Part shown: positions 7,261 through 16,610 of the stretch, in pieces
How positions within the stretch are numbered: position 1 is the stretch's first letter
How the letters are laid out: each line of letters opens with the position of its first letter
NCBI GenBank assembly: GCA_043800705.1
Contig: JAZDMS010000039.1
Location: 1 to 24,115, forward strand
From: Candidatus Altiarchaeota archaeon
GTDB lineage: Archaea > Altiarchaeota > Altiarchaeia > IMC4 > SCGC-AAA252-I15
Length of the DNA: 24,115 nucleotides
Reading direction: 5' to 3'
Program-made: the position numbers and the translations under genes
Notes under the pieces: model-generated
What the model was told of the DNA's origin: nothing
Database searches by the model: none
The model's input: the letters and a program-made list of their open reading frames with translations, nothing else

Positions 7261-8383
7261 CCCAGGCTTCGGGCTTGACGCCCTTGTACAGGCGCTTGTA
7301 TTCGACTATGAGGGGGTAGGCCAGAAGGAGCAGGCCTGCGGGTATGAACGCGTACTGGATGTTCGAAAACAGCAGGTGGCATGCGAGGATGGCGGCTACG
7401 CCGAATGCGCGGCCCGTGTTCAGGATTATCTCCCGCAGGTACATGGCGTCTTCGGTGGATCTCACCTTGTCGAGGACTAGGGAGGTCGTGAAGGGGTTGG
7501 CGACCGCGACGAAGAAGCCGACGACTGCCCTGACTATGAACCAGTTCACGGGGTCGGAGGCGTAAGCTGAAAGGATCGTGGCCGCCGCGGTCATCACGAT
7601 CGAGGGGTAGAGGTAGTCGACCCTGTTTCCGCTGACGTCTGAGAGGCGGCAGAAGTAGAGGGTCGCCGCCGCCCCGGCGACGGCTATTATCGAGAAGAAG
7701 CCGCCGTAGGACACGGCGGACGTGATGTATACCAGGGTGATTATGGGGACGCAGACCCAGTCGACTCCGTGGAAGAATCCCTGGATGAACACGAGCGACC
7801 GTATCCCCTTCCCCGCGGACCAGGCCCTTCTGAGGCCGATGTCTATCCGTTCGCTTGCCTGCCTGCCGTAGTGGATGCCGGGGAGTACGAGGACCGCGGC
7901 GCCGGCGAAAAAGAGGGGGGTGAAGCCGTATCGTTCGGCTATGAGCCCGCCAAGGAGGGGTGCGAATATGCCGAGCGCTGGGGAGATGAGGAATATGAGG
8001 CCCGCCAGGTATGCGCTCTTTGCGCCTTTGCGTATCCTGAAGTAGAGTATGTTGTACGGCACCCAGTAGAGGGGGGACGTGAGGCCGTCGAACACGCCGA
8101 GGAGTATGAGCTGGGCGGAGTTTTCTAGGTAGGGGACGGCCATCATCTCCAGCGCGAACGCGAAGAAGCCGGCCGCCATGTAGCGCATTGTGAAGAAGCG
8201 GCGGACGATGAGGACGATCAAGGCTGCTGAAACCCAGCTTGCGAGCCTGAAGAGGAGTATGTCCTGGACGCTGAAGCCCTCCTTTATGAAGTAGAAGTAG
8301 ATGAACCCCCATGCGAATATGGCGGGGAACATGTACAGTATCTGGTTCAGGTAGATGCTGATGAATCCGCGGCCCCGGTACAT
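7229..8383 (-). CDS. MFS transporter (384 aa)
   Basis: About 12 hydrophobic segments; APLLGGLIAERYGF and CRLSDVSGNR loop motifs. True start is probably ATG 8383, since the track extension overlaps herA. Confidence 0.85.
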   Translation of the reverse strand: MYRGRGFISIYLNQILYMFPAIFAWGFIYFYFIKEGFSVQDILLFRLASWVSAALIVLIVRRFFTMRYMAAGFFAFALEMMAVPYLENSAQLILLGVFDGLTSPLYWVPYNILYFRIRKGAKSAYLAGLIFLISPALGIFAPLLGGLIAERYGFTPLFFAGAAVLVLPGIHYGRQASERIDIGLRRAWSAGKGIRSLVFIQGFFHGVDWVCVPIITLVYITSAVSYGGFFSIIAVAGAAATLYFCRLSDVSGNRVDYLYPSIVMTAAATILSAYASDPVNWFIVRAVVGFFVAVANPFTTSLVLDKVRSTEDAMYLREIILNTGRAFGVAAILACHLLFSNIQYAFIPAGLLLLAYPLIVEYKRLYKGVKPEAWESDETMEFHD

Positions 8384-8455
8384 GTATAGTCCATAAGGAG
8401 GTCCGGTTTTTAACCGCCGTCGGATTTTAACCGGGGAAACCATATTCTTTCCTTG

Positions 8456-9868
8456 ATGGATTCCGCAGGCTTGGTGGTCGGATCGGTTGGCTCGAGGGTC
8501 GAGGTCCAGGTGTTGGGCGACCAGGTCGAGCTCGGCAGCGTCCTCAACATCGGAGGGCACTTCGGGATCGTCGCGCAGATGCGCTACGACGAGGACGATA
8601 GGATCGGCGCCCGCCAGAGGCTGATAGCCACGGTACAGATATTCGGCAGGCTCGAAGGCGGCCGCCTGCACAAGGTGAAGAGGCCGGTGAAGCCGAATGA
8701 GAGGGCGAAGTTCGCCACGGATTCGGAGCTTGAAGGGATCCTTTCCCAAGAGGAGAAGATCAGCGTCGGCAGCGTCCTTGGGACCGGCGCAAGGGCTTAC
8801 CTCAACGCGGGAGAGTACGACAGGCACACCGCCATACTGGCATCGACTGGGGCGGGCAAGAGCTACACCGCCGCGAACCTCGTCAAGGAATACGCCGCGC
8901 TCGGCCTGCCCGTGGTCATAGTCGACACCCACGGCGAATACGCTGGCCTTCTGTCAAAGCTCGCGGAGGGGGGCTCGTTCGCTGTGAAGACGCTCACCGT
9001 CAAATACGAGCGCAAAGGCTATGAGAAGGTGCTGATACCCCTTTGCGACCTGGAGGCCAGGGACTTCCACCATTTCACCGGCTTGTCCGAGCCGCAGGAG
9101 TCCGCGCTTGGGATGATAATCGAGAAGCTCTCCGGCTCCGAGTACACCCTCGACGACATGATAGGGGAGGCGGGCAAGCTCGACATCAGCGTCATACACG
9201 AGGCGACGCAGCAGGCGCTCACACGGAAGCTGATGAAGCTCAAGAGCGTCGCAAAGGGAGTGTTCGACAGGTACGGGACCGACATCAACGCCCTCGTGGA
9301 GCCGTATCAGGTGACGATAATCGACGCCTCCATGGCTGCGGAGGGCATACGGAGGTCGGTGATATCGTACCTCAGCAAGGAGCTTCTGCAGGGGCGGATC
9401 AACAAGGTCAACGACCTCGGGGAGAAGAAGCTCGAATACCCGCTCCTGTTCGTAATAGAGGAGGCCCACAACTACGCGGGTTCGAGCCTGACCCACAGCT
9501 GCAAGAGCCAGCTGCAGCGGATCGCGTCCGAGGGCAGGAAGTTCGGCATCGGATTGGTAGTCATATCCCAGAAGCCGTCGAAGATCGACGAGGAGATTCT
9601 TTCCCAGTGCAACAGCGGCCTGTACATGCACATCACCAACCCAAGGGACAAGGACCACATCAAAAAGAGCTTCGAGAGCATCTCTGAGGAGATAATCGCG
9701 GGCCTGGACACCCTCGACGTGGGGGAGTGCATAATCGCGGGGGCCATACTTGACATACCGTTCCTCCTGTGCAAGGTCGACAGGATCGAGATGAAGAGGG
9801 AGAAGACCAGCAAGTTCGGGTTCAAAAGGAGGGAAAAACCCCGGACCGGCGGATTCGGCTACGTCTGA
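8456..9868 (+). CDS. herA: HerA/FtsK-family ATPase with N-terminal HAS-barrel-like domain
   Basis: Walker A ASTGAGKS, IVDTHGEY, Walker B FVIEEAH, RIASEGRKFGIGLVVISQKPS, ILSQCNS. Confidence 0.85.
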   Translation: MDSAGLVVGSVGSRVEVQVLGDQVELGSVLNIGGHFGIVAQMRYDEDDRIGARQRLIATVQIFGRLEGGRLHKVKRPVKPNERAKFATDSELEGILSQEEKISVGSVLGTGARAYLNAGEYDRHTAILASTGAGKSYTAANLVKEYAALGLPVVIVDTHGEYAGLLSKLAEGGSFAVKTLTVKYERKGYEKVLIPLCDLEARDFHHFTGLSEPQESALGMIIEKLSGSEYTLDDMIGEAGKLDISVIHEATQQALTRKLMKLKSVAKGVFDRYGTDINALVEPYQVTIIDASMAAEGIRRSVISYLSKELLQGRINKVNDLGEKKLEYPLLFVIEEAHNYAGSSLTHSCKSQLQRIASEGRKFGIGLVVISQKPSKIDEEILSQCNSGLYMHITNPRDKDHIKKSFESISEEIIAGLDTLDVGECIIAGAILDIPFLLCKVDRIEMKREKTSKFGFKRREKPRTGGFGYV

Positions 9869-9875
9869 GAGCCGG

Positions 9876-10700
9876 TCAGTATCTCATCACCCAGTAGCGG
9901 CCTTGGTGGAATTCCCTTTCTTTGGGGTTCTCCGAGGGCACGATGAATGAGGCCTTCTCCAGGGCGTAGCCCGCTTTCCTATATGGCGCTTCGTAGTGCA
10001 ATGCCACCACGTCGTCGGATATGAGGCCCATTGCGTATGCGGAGTCCGCCCGCACCTGGTCCGGCCCCATGGCGACCGAGGACCTGAATCCCGCAGCCTT
10101 CGCGAGGAGGTCGATTTTCCGGGTAGAATGCAGCTGCCAGTCGCCGAACCTTTTTTTTAGGATGTTCGGCAGCTTCCAATAGCCGGCGGAGGTCTGCGGA
10201 TACAGCTTCAGAAGCGAAGGCTCGTCCTCGAATATGCACGGCATCAGCTCGATCTTCCCTATGGCGCCCTTTTCGACTGCGATCTCCTGATCCCCCCTGA
10301 GCTCGTCAAGGGGGGAGAATGCTCCGCCGGAATATAACTGCCGAATCTGCTCGTCGCCGCGGAGAACGCCGCCCGCATCTTTTCGCTCGTCTGGGTGGGG
10401 GAAGACGCTTATCGAATGCAGGCTGCCGCCGAAGCTCCGGCCTATGAGGGGCAGGTCGATCGTCCTGAGGCGGAGTTTGGCTTCGACCTCCCCGGCTCCC
10501 CTGCGCCAGCCGAATTCGAGGCCGTCAGCGTTCCTTTCGACCTCCTGCAGCATCCTCGAAAGGGCGGCATATGAGGTAGGGTATGCCAGCGTCGATGGAA
10601 CGCCCTGCCAGGATTCGCCGACACGGGGTGTTTTGAGGGAGGCCACCGGTAGATATGGGATTCGCCGGGATTTATACGGTTTCGCTGCGGAAACATTCAT
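9876..10700 (-). CDS. Hypothetical protein (274 aa)
   Basis: Long ORF filling the gap between herA and pheS; no recognised motif. Confidence 0.65.
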   Translation of the reverse strand: MNVSAAKPYKSRRIPYLPVASLKTPRVGESWQGVPSTLAYPTSYAALSRMLQEVERNADGLEFGWRRGAGEVEAKLRLRTIDLPLIGRSFGGSLHSISVFPHPDERKDAGGVLRGDEQIRQLYSGGAFSPLDELRGDQEIAVEKGAIGKIELMPCIFEDEPSLLKLYPQTSAGYWKLPNILKKRFGDWQLHSTRKIDLLAKAAGFRSSVAMGPDQVRADSAYAMGLISDDVVALHYEAPYRKAGYALEKASFIVPSENPKEREFHQGRYWVMRY

Positions 10701-10726
10701 ATACCCCGACGAGACTATATGTAAGG

Positions 10727-12199
10727 ATGGACCTCCACCCGCATGAAATCAAGGTATTGAAGGCCTTGAAGAAGGCCTCAAGCCCGAAGGAGCTATCCGC
10801 AGCCTGCGGCCTGCCCCTTGACGCGGTATTGAGGGCCGGCTCATGGCTTAAGACGAAGGGCCTCATAGCAGTGGACGAGAAGGAGGGGGAGGAGGTTACG
10901 CTCACCAAGGAGGGCGCCGTCTATGCCGAGGACGGTTTGCCTGAGAGGCAGCTCATCAACCGCATCAGGAAGGACGGAATCAGGCTCGAGGAGCTGAAGG
11001 CCAATGCCGATGCTAGCGTCTTCGGCATCGGCTTCGGGTGGCTTCGGAGGAAGGGTCAGGTCGAGGTCAAGGACGGCTTCGTGAAGGTCTTGAGCCTCGG
11101 AAAGTCCGCCGACGAGGAGGTCTTGGAGCTCCTGAAGGGGGGGCCTGTGCTGGCTGAGTCCCTGACGAAGGAGTTGTCCGCGGGTTTGGGCCTGTTGAAG
11201 TCCCGAAAGAGCGTCGTCGCATCGAAGGAGACGAAGGATATCATGTTCAAGCCCACTGAAGAGGGTTCGAGGCTAGCGCCGGGTCTCAAGGAGGATGACA
11301 GCATCTCGCAGCTTACGCCGGAACTCATCGTCTCGGGTGCGTGGAAGGGCCGGAGGTTCAGGGCCTACGACACGAAGGTCTATGTGAGACCCGATTCGCC
11401 TGTGAAGAGGCACCCGCTTCGGAGGCAGATCAACAAGGTCAGGAGGATATTCACGGGGATGGGGTTTCAGGAGATCAGGGGGCCGCTCGTGGAGAGCGCC
11501 TTCTGGAATTTCGACGCCCTCTTCCAGCCGCAGGACCACCCGGCTAGGGACATGCACGACACCTTCTACCTGAAGAATCCGGACAAGATCGACATCGAAG
11601 GCTACGGCAGGTTCAAGGACAAAATCAAGGCATCCCACGAGGACGGCGGAGGCAGCGGCTCCACGGGGTGGGGATACGGCTGGAGCGAGGAGGTTTCGAA
11701 GAAGACCCTCCTTAGGACCCATACGACGGCGGTGAGCGCGCGGTTCCTCGGCAAGGTGAGGAGGGAGGATCTGCCCGTGAAGGTTTTCAGCATCGGGAAG
11801 GTCTTCCGCAACGAGGCCGTCGACTACAAGCACCTGCCCGAATTCTACCAGGTGGAGGGGATCGTGGTCGCACCGAGCGTGAATTTCACGAATCTCCTCG
11901 GCATACTGAGGCAGTTCTACAACGAGATGGGATTCGACAAGGTAAGGTTCAGGCCCGGTTACTTCCCGTACACGGAGATGAGCGTCGAACCGGAGGTTTA
12001 CATGGAGTCCAAGAACGCGTGGATAGAGCTCGGCGGCGCGGGAATATTCAGGCCGGAGGTCGTGAAGCCGCTATTAGGATTCGACTGCCCGGTCCTCGCG
12101 TGGGGCCTCGGCCTAGACAGGATAGTCACCTTGAGCCTCGGCATGCAGGACATCAGGGACCTGTACATGAGCGACGTGGAGTGGCTTAAGGCGAATTGA
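10727..12199 (+). CDS. pheS: Phenylalanine--tRNA ligase alpha subunit (archaeal long form)
   Basis: FWNFDALFQPQDHPARDMHDTFY, LLRTHTTAVS, FRNEAVDYKHLPEFYQVEG, FRPGYFPYTEMSVE, GAGIFRPEV, AWGLGLDR; ATG 10727. Confidence 0.98.
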   Translation: MDLHPHEIKVLKALKKASSPKELSAACGLPLDAVLRAGSWLKTKGLIAVDEKEGEEVTLTKEGAVYAEDGLPERQLINRIRKDGIRLEELKANADASVFGIGFGWLRRKGQVEVKDGFVKVLSLGKSADEEVLELLKGGPVLAESLTKELSAGLGLLKSRKSVVASKETKDIMFKPTEEGSRLAPGLKEDDSISQLTPELIVSGAWKGRRFRAYDTKVYVRPDSPVKRHPLRRQINKVRRIFTGMGFQEIRGPLVESAFWNFDALFQPQDHPARDMHDTFYLKNPDKIDIEGYGRFKDKIKASHEDGGGSGSTGWGYGWSEEVSKKTLLRTHTTAVSARFLGKVRREDLPVKVFSIGKVFRNEAVDYKHLPEFYQVEGIVVAPSVNFTNLLGILRQFYNEMGFDKVRFRPGYFPYTEMSVEPEVYMESKNAWIELGGAGIFRPEVVKPLLGFDCPVLAWGLGLDRIVTLSLGMQDIRDLYMSDVEWLKAN

Positions 12200-12361
12200 C
12201 TGTCTTTGGCAAATCAGCCTTCATTCTTCGATTGGCCCAATGCATGCGGGGTCGAAGACCCCGCATTCGTTCCGGGGGATCAGGGGTAACTTAGACCTGA
12301 GGGGGCGGTAGCCCCCGCGGGTCAGTACATGAGCGACGTGGAGTGGCTTAAGGCGAATTGA
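12163..12361 (+). repeat. Exact 37-bp direct repeat of the pheS 3' end (12163-12199 = 12325-12361) flanking a 125-bp hairpin-rich insert
   Basis: gtacatgagcgacgtggagtggcttaaggcgaattga occurs twice. Hairpins at 12244-12266 and 12294-12323. Confidence 0.97.
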
Positions 12362-13310
12362 TCCTTACGACCTGCGATTGCTCCGGCTTCTTCCTGGATC
12401 TCTGGACTATCAGGGCAAGCACTGCCAGTCCGAGGAGTATCACGGCGCCGATTATGATCGGGGTCATCGACGTATTCACCTGGACCTGGGCGGTTGCCGG
12501 CTTGTATCCGTATAGGTCTGCCGTTATGTTCCATATCCCGGTCTCGTCTGACTGCAGGTTCAGGACTCCGGAATCCTCGGTCTTGAAGACTATGGTTTTT
12601 CCGCTCGGTTTGGTCGCGCGTATGAGGGACGCCATGCCTTTGTTGTCCGATTTCACCTGTACCGAGATCACTTCCCCGGTTGTCACTTCCTTTGGCGCGG
12701 CCAATGCGAGTGTTCCCTTGCCCGGGCATGAGGTGCAGACTCCTCCGCAGTCGACCCCTATCTCCCTGTCGTCCAATACGCCGTTGAAGCAGTGGCACTG
12801 CAGGCACTGGCCTGCGCAGTCCACGCTTTCCTCACCCCCGTCCGTTAACCCGTTTTCGCATGTTTTGGGGGCTACCTTGAATGTGCTGGCGTTCGATGCC
12901 TTGGCGTCCCCGCTGTCCTGGCCGGTTATGACGCACGCCCATTCCCCGGGCTGCGCCTGCGGCCCCAGCACGAAGCCGGCCACTATCTCGCCTTTTATCA
13001 CCGAGGTCTGTTCGGCTGCGAGGAAGTCCTGCTCCTGGCGCTGGATGTATCCGCCGCTTGATGGCATCCCTATGAACGCCTGGACTGTCTTTATGTCCTT
13101 GTAGCTGTTGAGGTCCTCAAGCGATCCGGTGCACCATACAATGTCGGTCTGGCCGGATTTGACGACCGAAGAGGCTGCCACGTCGTATGCCTTCGGGAGG
13201 CTGTTGACTATCTGGACCTTTATCTCGGTCATCTGAGACGAGGCGGGCAGAAGGAGCGTGAGCAGGATGATGGTGGCAAAAAATGAAAGGGAGAGTGTGC
13301 GTTTGTCCAT
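12348..13310 (-). CDS. Cell-surface protein (320 aa) with beta-rich domains, two CxNGxxDxxExxVDCxGxCxxC repeats and a C-terminal TM
   Basis: RBS GGTGA, ATG 13310, signal peptide; CENGLTDGGEESVDCAGQCLQC and CFNGVLDDREIGVDCGGVCTSC; TM IIIGAVILLGLAVLALIV. Confidence 0.85.
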   Translation of the reverse strand: MDKRTLSLSFFATIILLTLLLPASSQMTEIKVQIVNSLPKAYDVAASSVVKSGQTDIVWCTGSLEDLNSYKDIKTVQAFIGMPSSGGYIQRQEQDFLAAEQTSVIKGEIVAGFVLGPQAQPGEWACVITGQDSGDAKASNASTFKVAPKTCENGLTDGGEESVDCAGQCLQCHCFNGVLDDREIGVDCGGVCTSCPGKGTLALAAPKEVTTGEVISVQVKSDNKGMASLIRATKPSGKTIVFKTEDSGVLNLQSDETGIWNITADLYGYKPATAQVQVNTSMTPIIIGAVILLGLAVLALIVQRSRKKPEQSQVVRINSP

Positions 13311-13369
13311 CCTGTCACCAGTGGGTTGGTTTAGTATTCGTTTTGGGAAATATAAGGCTGCTGTGGGGT

Positions 13370-14224
13370 TCATAGGAGCGCGGGGGTCACGTAGACCTCC
13401 GTCAGCGCGGCGATGACGAGGATTATCAGCGACAGCAGTATCAGGTCTACGGAGTCCGCGACTATGTGCCAGAATTCCTTTGACCGGTAGTGGTGGCATA
13501 CTACGGCCACGGATATTATGCCGCCTGCCAGCGATCCGAGGAAATAACCCGCCACCTCGGGCACCCCGTGGACGAGGTAGACCAGACCGAGGGGGATGAC
13601 GTTGAAGTAGTGGATGAGTGTGGGGTTGTGGCCGTACTCGCCGAGCGCATTGAAGCCCTCCCGTATCACGTTGCCTATCGCAACCCCTATAACCGACGCG
13701 TTCCAGCAGAGTATGAAGATCGCCCCCGCCCCGTATATGAGGGAGAATATTATGCAGAACGACAGTACCCTGAGGTTGTTGGCGAGGATAGCCTGTACGT
13801 TGCCCATGTTCGAGACCGTTGCGCCGGTGGGGGTGAACTGGCTCTGGATGGACCTGATGGTCTCGATCTGGCTGGAGCAGACCTTGTCGCTGATGCTCGT
13901 GGGCAGGATCGTATACCAGAACGCGTATGCTAGGACCATTCCGACGAAGAGGTAGAGGAAGAACCATAGTATGTGGAGGTGTTCCTTTATGAGGACGTAT
14001 TCCCTGCACTCCTTCAGGTCCTTGGCCTCCTCGCAGATGAGGGCGCGGTACATTATGACGACGAGTGGTATTGTGGTCAGGAATATCCCGGATATGCTGG
14101 CATATTTCCCGAACGCCCAGAGCGCGAGGAAGATGCCGACGGTGGCGTATGTGAAGCCGATGATGAGCATCCTCTTGGGATGCTTCTCCCAGCTTTCAGG
14201 GACGACGATCGCCTCAAGGACCAC
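13370..14224 (-). CDS. Stage II sporulation protein M (SpoIIM/DUF95) family membrane protein
   Basis: ILANNLRV, GAIFILCWNASVIG, HGVPEVAGYFLGSLAGG, IAALTEVYVTP. Confidence 0.85.
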   Translation of the reverse strand: MVLEAIVVPESWEKHPKRMLIIGFTYATVGIFLALWAFGKYASISGIFLTTIPLVVIMYRALICEEAKDLKECREYVLIKEHLHILWFFLYLFVGMVLAYAFWYTILPTSISDKVCSSQIETIRSIQSQFTPTGATVSNMGNVQAILANNLRVLSFCIIFSLIYGAGAIFILCWNASVIGVAIGNVIREGFNALGEYGHNPTLIHYFNVIPLGLVYLVHGVPEVAGYFLGSLAGGIISVAVVCHHYRSKEFWHIVADSVDLILLSLIILVIAALTEVYVTPALL

Positions 14225-14283
14225 GGATAGTTATTCGAACCGGGATAAATTAATTCAATGTGTTGAGTCGCGATATTTAACGT

Positions 14284-14709
14284 ATGAAATTAATAAGGTA
14301 TTCGATGGCCTGCGGGACCATTTGTTTTTTGGTCGGAAACATCTTTTCCTTAATCGTTTTTCTACTGTGGGCGGCGGCCTTCACCCATTTTGCCATAATC
14401 CTCTTTTACAGGAACGTCAGGGTGGAAGACGTCAGGCTCAGGCTCTGGAAGGACATCAGGGTATCGGTCGTTTCGATTTTCGTCGTCCTGGCATGTCTGT
14501 ACCTTCTGATTCCAGCCGACTGCAAATGGGAAAGAATAGTTCCGTTGGGTCCGCCGGAGATGGAAGATTCTCTATGCGGCCTTGCCATCGGCTACACTTC
14601 CCCTGTCGAGATGATATTCGGCGAATTGACCGTTCCAGCGGCGTTTTTCCTGGTACTGTACGCGGCCGTATACCTGCTGAAGCGATGGTTCGTCTCAAGA
14701 AGGGCATAG
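14284..14709 (+). CDS. Hypothetical membrane protein (141 aa)
   Basis: ATG ORF with 3-4 hydrophobic segments, fitting the gap between neighbours. Confidence 0.6.
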   Translation: MKLIRYSMACGTICFLVGNIFSLIVFLLWAAAFTHFAIILFYRNVRVEDVRLRLWKDIRVSVVSIFVVLACLYLLIPADCKWERIVPLGPPEMEDSLCGLAIGYTSPVEMIFGELTVPAAFFLVLYAAVYLLKRWFVSRRA

Positions 14710-14710
14710 C

Positions 14711-15394
14711 TCAGACTATCTTTCCGTCCTGTATCTTTATAGTCTTGTTCGTCTGTTTCGCGATGTTTGGGTCGTGGGTGACTATGACGAGAGTCCTCTT
14801 TTCCTCCTTGTTCAGCTTCTTGAGGAGTTCGAGTATCATCTTCCCCGTGGCGGAGTCTAGGTTGCCTGTGGGCTCGTCTGCGAGGATGATCTTCGGGTCG
14901 TTCGCCAGGGAGCGGGCTACCGCCACCCTCTGCTGCTGTCCGCCGGACATCTCGGACGGCTTGTTGCCGGCCTTGTCTTCGAGGGCTACGAGACGTAGGA
15001 GCTCTTTGACGCGTTTTTCCCTTTTTTCCTTCGGTGTCCCTTCGAAGCGCATCGGCAGCTCTATGTTCTCGAACGCCGTCATGTTCGGTATAAGGTTGAA
15101 CTGCTGGAACACGAAACCCAGCTTCTCCCGCCTCAGCCTGGCCTTCTCGTTGCCGCTGAGGGGCGTTATCGGCACGCCTTCGATGTAGACTTCACCCTGT
15201 GTGGGCGTGTCCAGGCAGCTTATCAGGTTCAGAAGGGTCGATTTGCCGCTGCCTGAGGGGCCGATTATGCTGACGAATGCGCCCTCCTGGATGGTCAGGT
15301 TCAGGCCGCAGAGGGCGATGAACTCGTTCGATTCTCCCGGATTGTAGGTCTTGCACAGGTCCTCGCACCGTATCTCTCCGTCTCCGTTACTCAT
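14711..15394 (-). CDS. ABC transporter ATP-binding protein (LolD/MacB-type)
   Basis: GPSGSGKST, GFVFQQFNL, MSGGQQQRVAVAR, ILADEPTGNLD, IVTHD. Confidence 0.97.
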   Translation of the reverse strand: MSNGDGEIRCEDLCKTYNPGESNEFIALCGLNLTIQEGAFVSIIGPSGSGKSTLLNLISCLDTPTQGEVYIEGVPITPLSGNEKARLRREKLGFVFQQFNLIPNMTAFENIELPMRFEGTPKEKREKRVKELLRLVALEDKAGNKPSEMSGGQQQRVAVARSLANDPKIILADEPTGNLDSATGKMILELLKKLNKEEKRTLVIVTHDPNIAKQTNKTIKIQDGKIV

Positions 15395-16592
15395 AGCGCA
15401 ACACCCTTATCGGATCCAGCTGTGAGGCGCTCCATGCGGGGTAGAGGCCGGCGCCCATCCCCAGAATCAACGAGAATCCCAGCCCTAGGCTTATGAGCTG
15501 TGGTGTCATGATGGGGGTGAATGTGGTGTACTGTGTAACCAGGCTCATTGACAGGTAGCCTAGAGTCAGCCCGGCAAATCCGCCGATTAGGCTCAGTATC
15601 GCGCTTTCCTGCAGCACCTGGAGAAGTATCGTCGATGTGGTGGCGCCGATCGCCTTCATGACGCCGATTTCCCTGCGGCGCTCCATCACGGACATTATCA
15701 TCGTGTTCATTATGCCGAGGCCGCCGACAAACACGGATATCGCGCCTATGCCGTATATCGCCATCTGGACCGTCTGGAATGTGGATTCCAGTTGGCGGAC
15801 CATTGTAAGCATCGACTGCGCCCTTACGTCAGATTCCTGGTCGTTTATCCTCTGGGTGATGTTCTCGACGTCGCTTATGTCGTTTAGCTGGACCTTTAGG
15901 GAGGCTATCCTGTCGTCTTGGGTTAACTCCTGCATCGTTTTCAGAGGCACATATGCCGCGGTGTCGATGGTGCTGGTGCCGGTCTGCTCTAGTACGCCCA
16001 CAATCTGGAAGTAGTAGCTGATGGATGTTTGATTGTCGGTGTAGATGTACTCTATCTCGTCTCCGACGTTCAGATTATTGGTGGTCGAAGTGTCTGAGCC
16101 AAGAAGGACGACGTCAGCGCCGTCGTCTGAGGGGTCGAGCCTGCGCCCTTCAGCAGTGTTTATTTCTTCGCCTATGAGGTAGTCCTGGTCTTCCGGGTTG
16201 ATGGCGGTGAATGTTATAGTGCTGGTTCCTCCTGCGCCATGGCCGAATAAGCCACCCATTGGGCCGCCTCCAAAGCCTCCCCCCCTGCCTCTTGAGACGC
16301 GATAGTTGCCGACTGGCACGACGCTTTTAACCTCGCCCCAGCTTTGGATGTCGTCTATGACGTCCTGCGATATGCCCAATGCCATGCCGGTGCCTGTGCC
16401 GCCTTCATCCGATGAGTCCCTGACGTCTATTACGGCCGCGACGGTGCCGAAGCGGGCCTGCATCTGCTGGTTCAGCCCTTCCCCTATGGAGCCGAGCGCC
16501 AGGATGAGGCCTATGCCCATGGCTATGCCGAGAATGGTGAGGGCGCTCCGTATCTTTTGCCTGAAGATGTTCTTTACGGCGATGTCCAGCAT
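15387..16592 (-). CDS. ABC transporter permease (MacB/FtsX-type)
   Basis: RSALTILGIAMG, large extracellular loop, VGGLGIMNTMIMSVMERRREIGVMKAIGA, GLYPAWSASQLDPIRVLRYE. Confidence 0.95.
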   Translation of the reverse strand: MLDIAVKNIFRQKIRSALTILGIAMGIGLILALGSIGEGLNQQMQARFGTVAAVIDVRDSSDEGGTGTGMALGISQDVIDDIQSWGEVKSVVPVGNYRVSRGRGGGFGGGPMGGLFGHGAGGTSTITFTAINPEDQDYLIGEEINTAEGRRLDPSDDGADVVLLGSDTSTTNNLNVGDEIEYIYTDNQTSISYYFQIVGVLEQTGTSTIDTAAYVPLKTMQELTQDDRIASLKVQLNDISDVENITQRINDQESDVRAQSMLTMVRQLESTFQTVQMAIYGIGAISVFVGGLGIMNTMIMSVMERRREIGVMKAIGATTSTILLQVLQESAILSLIGGFAGLTLGYLSMSLVTQYTTFTPIMTPQLISLGLGFSLILGMGAGLYPAWSASQLDPIRVLRYE

Positions 16593-16610
16593 TTTATTCC
16601 CCGCTTCGCC

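Noticed and set aside
8456-9868. HerA-based anti-phage system
   Set aside because: No co-oriented Sir2, nuclease or DUF partner adjacent.
12200-12324. tRNA or known ncRNA in the pheS downstream insert
   Set aside because: No cloverleaf, T-loop or anticodon arm, and no recognisable family; only isolated hairpins.
13311-14009. Upstream half of the 553-aa ORF 12348..14009
   Set aside because: Out-of-frame overlap with the SpoIIM-like gene; RBS and signal peptide mark ATG 13310.
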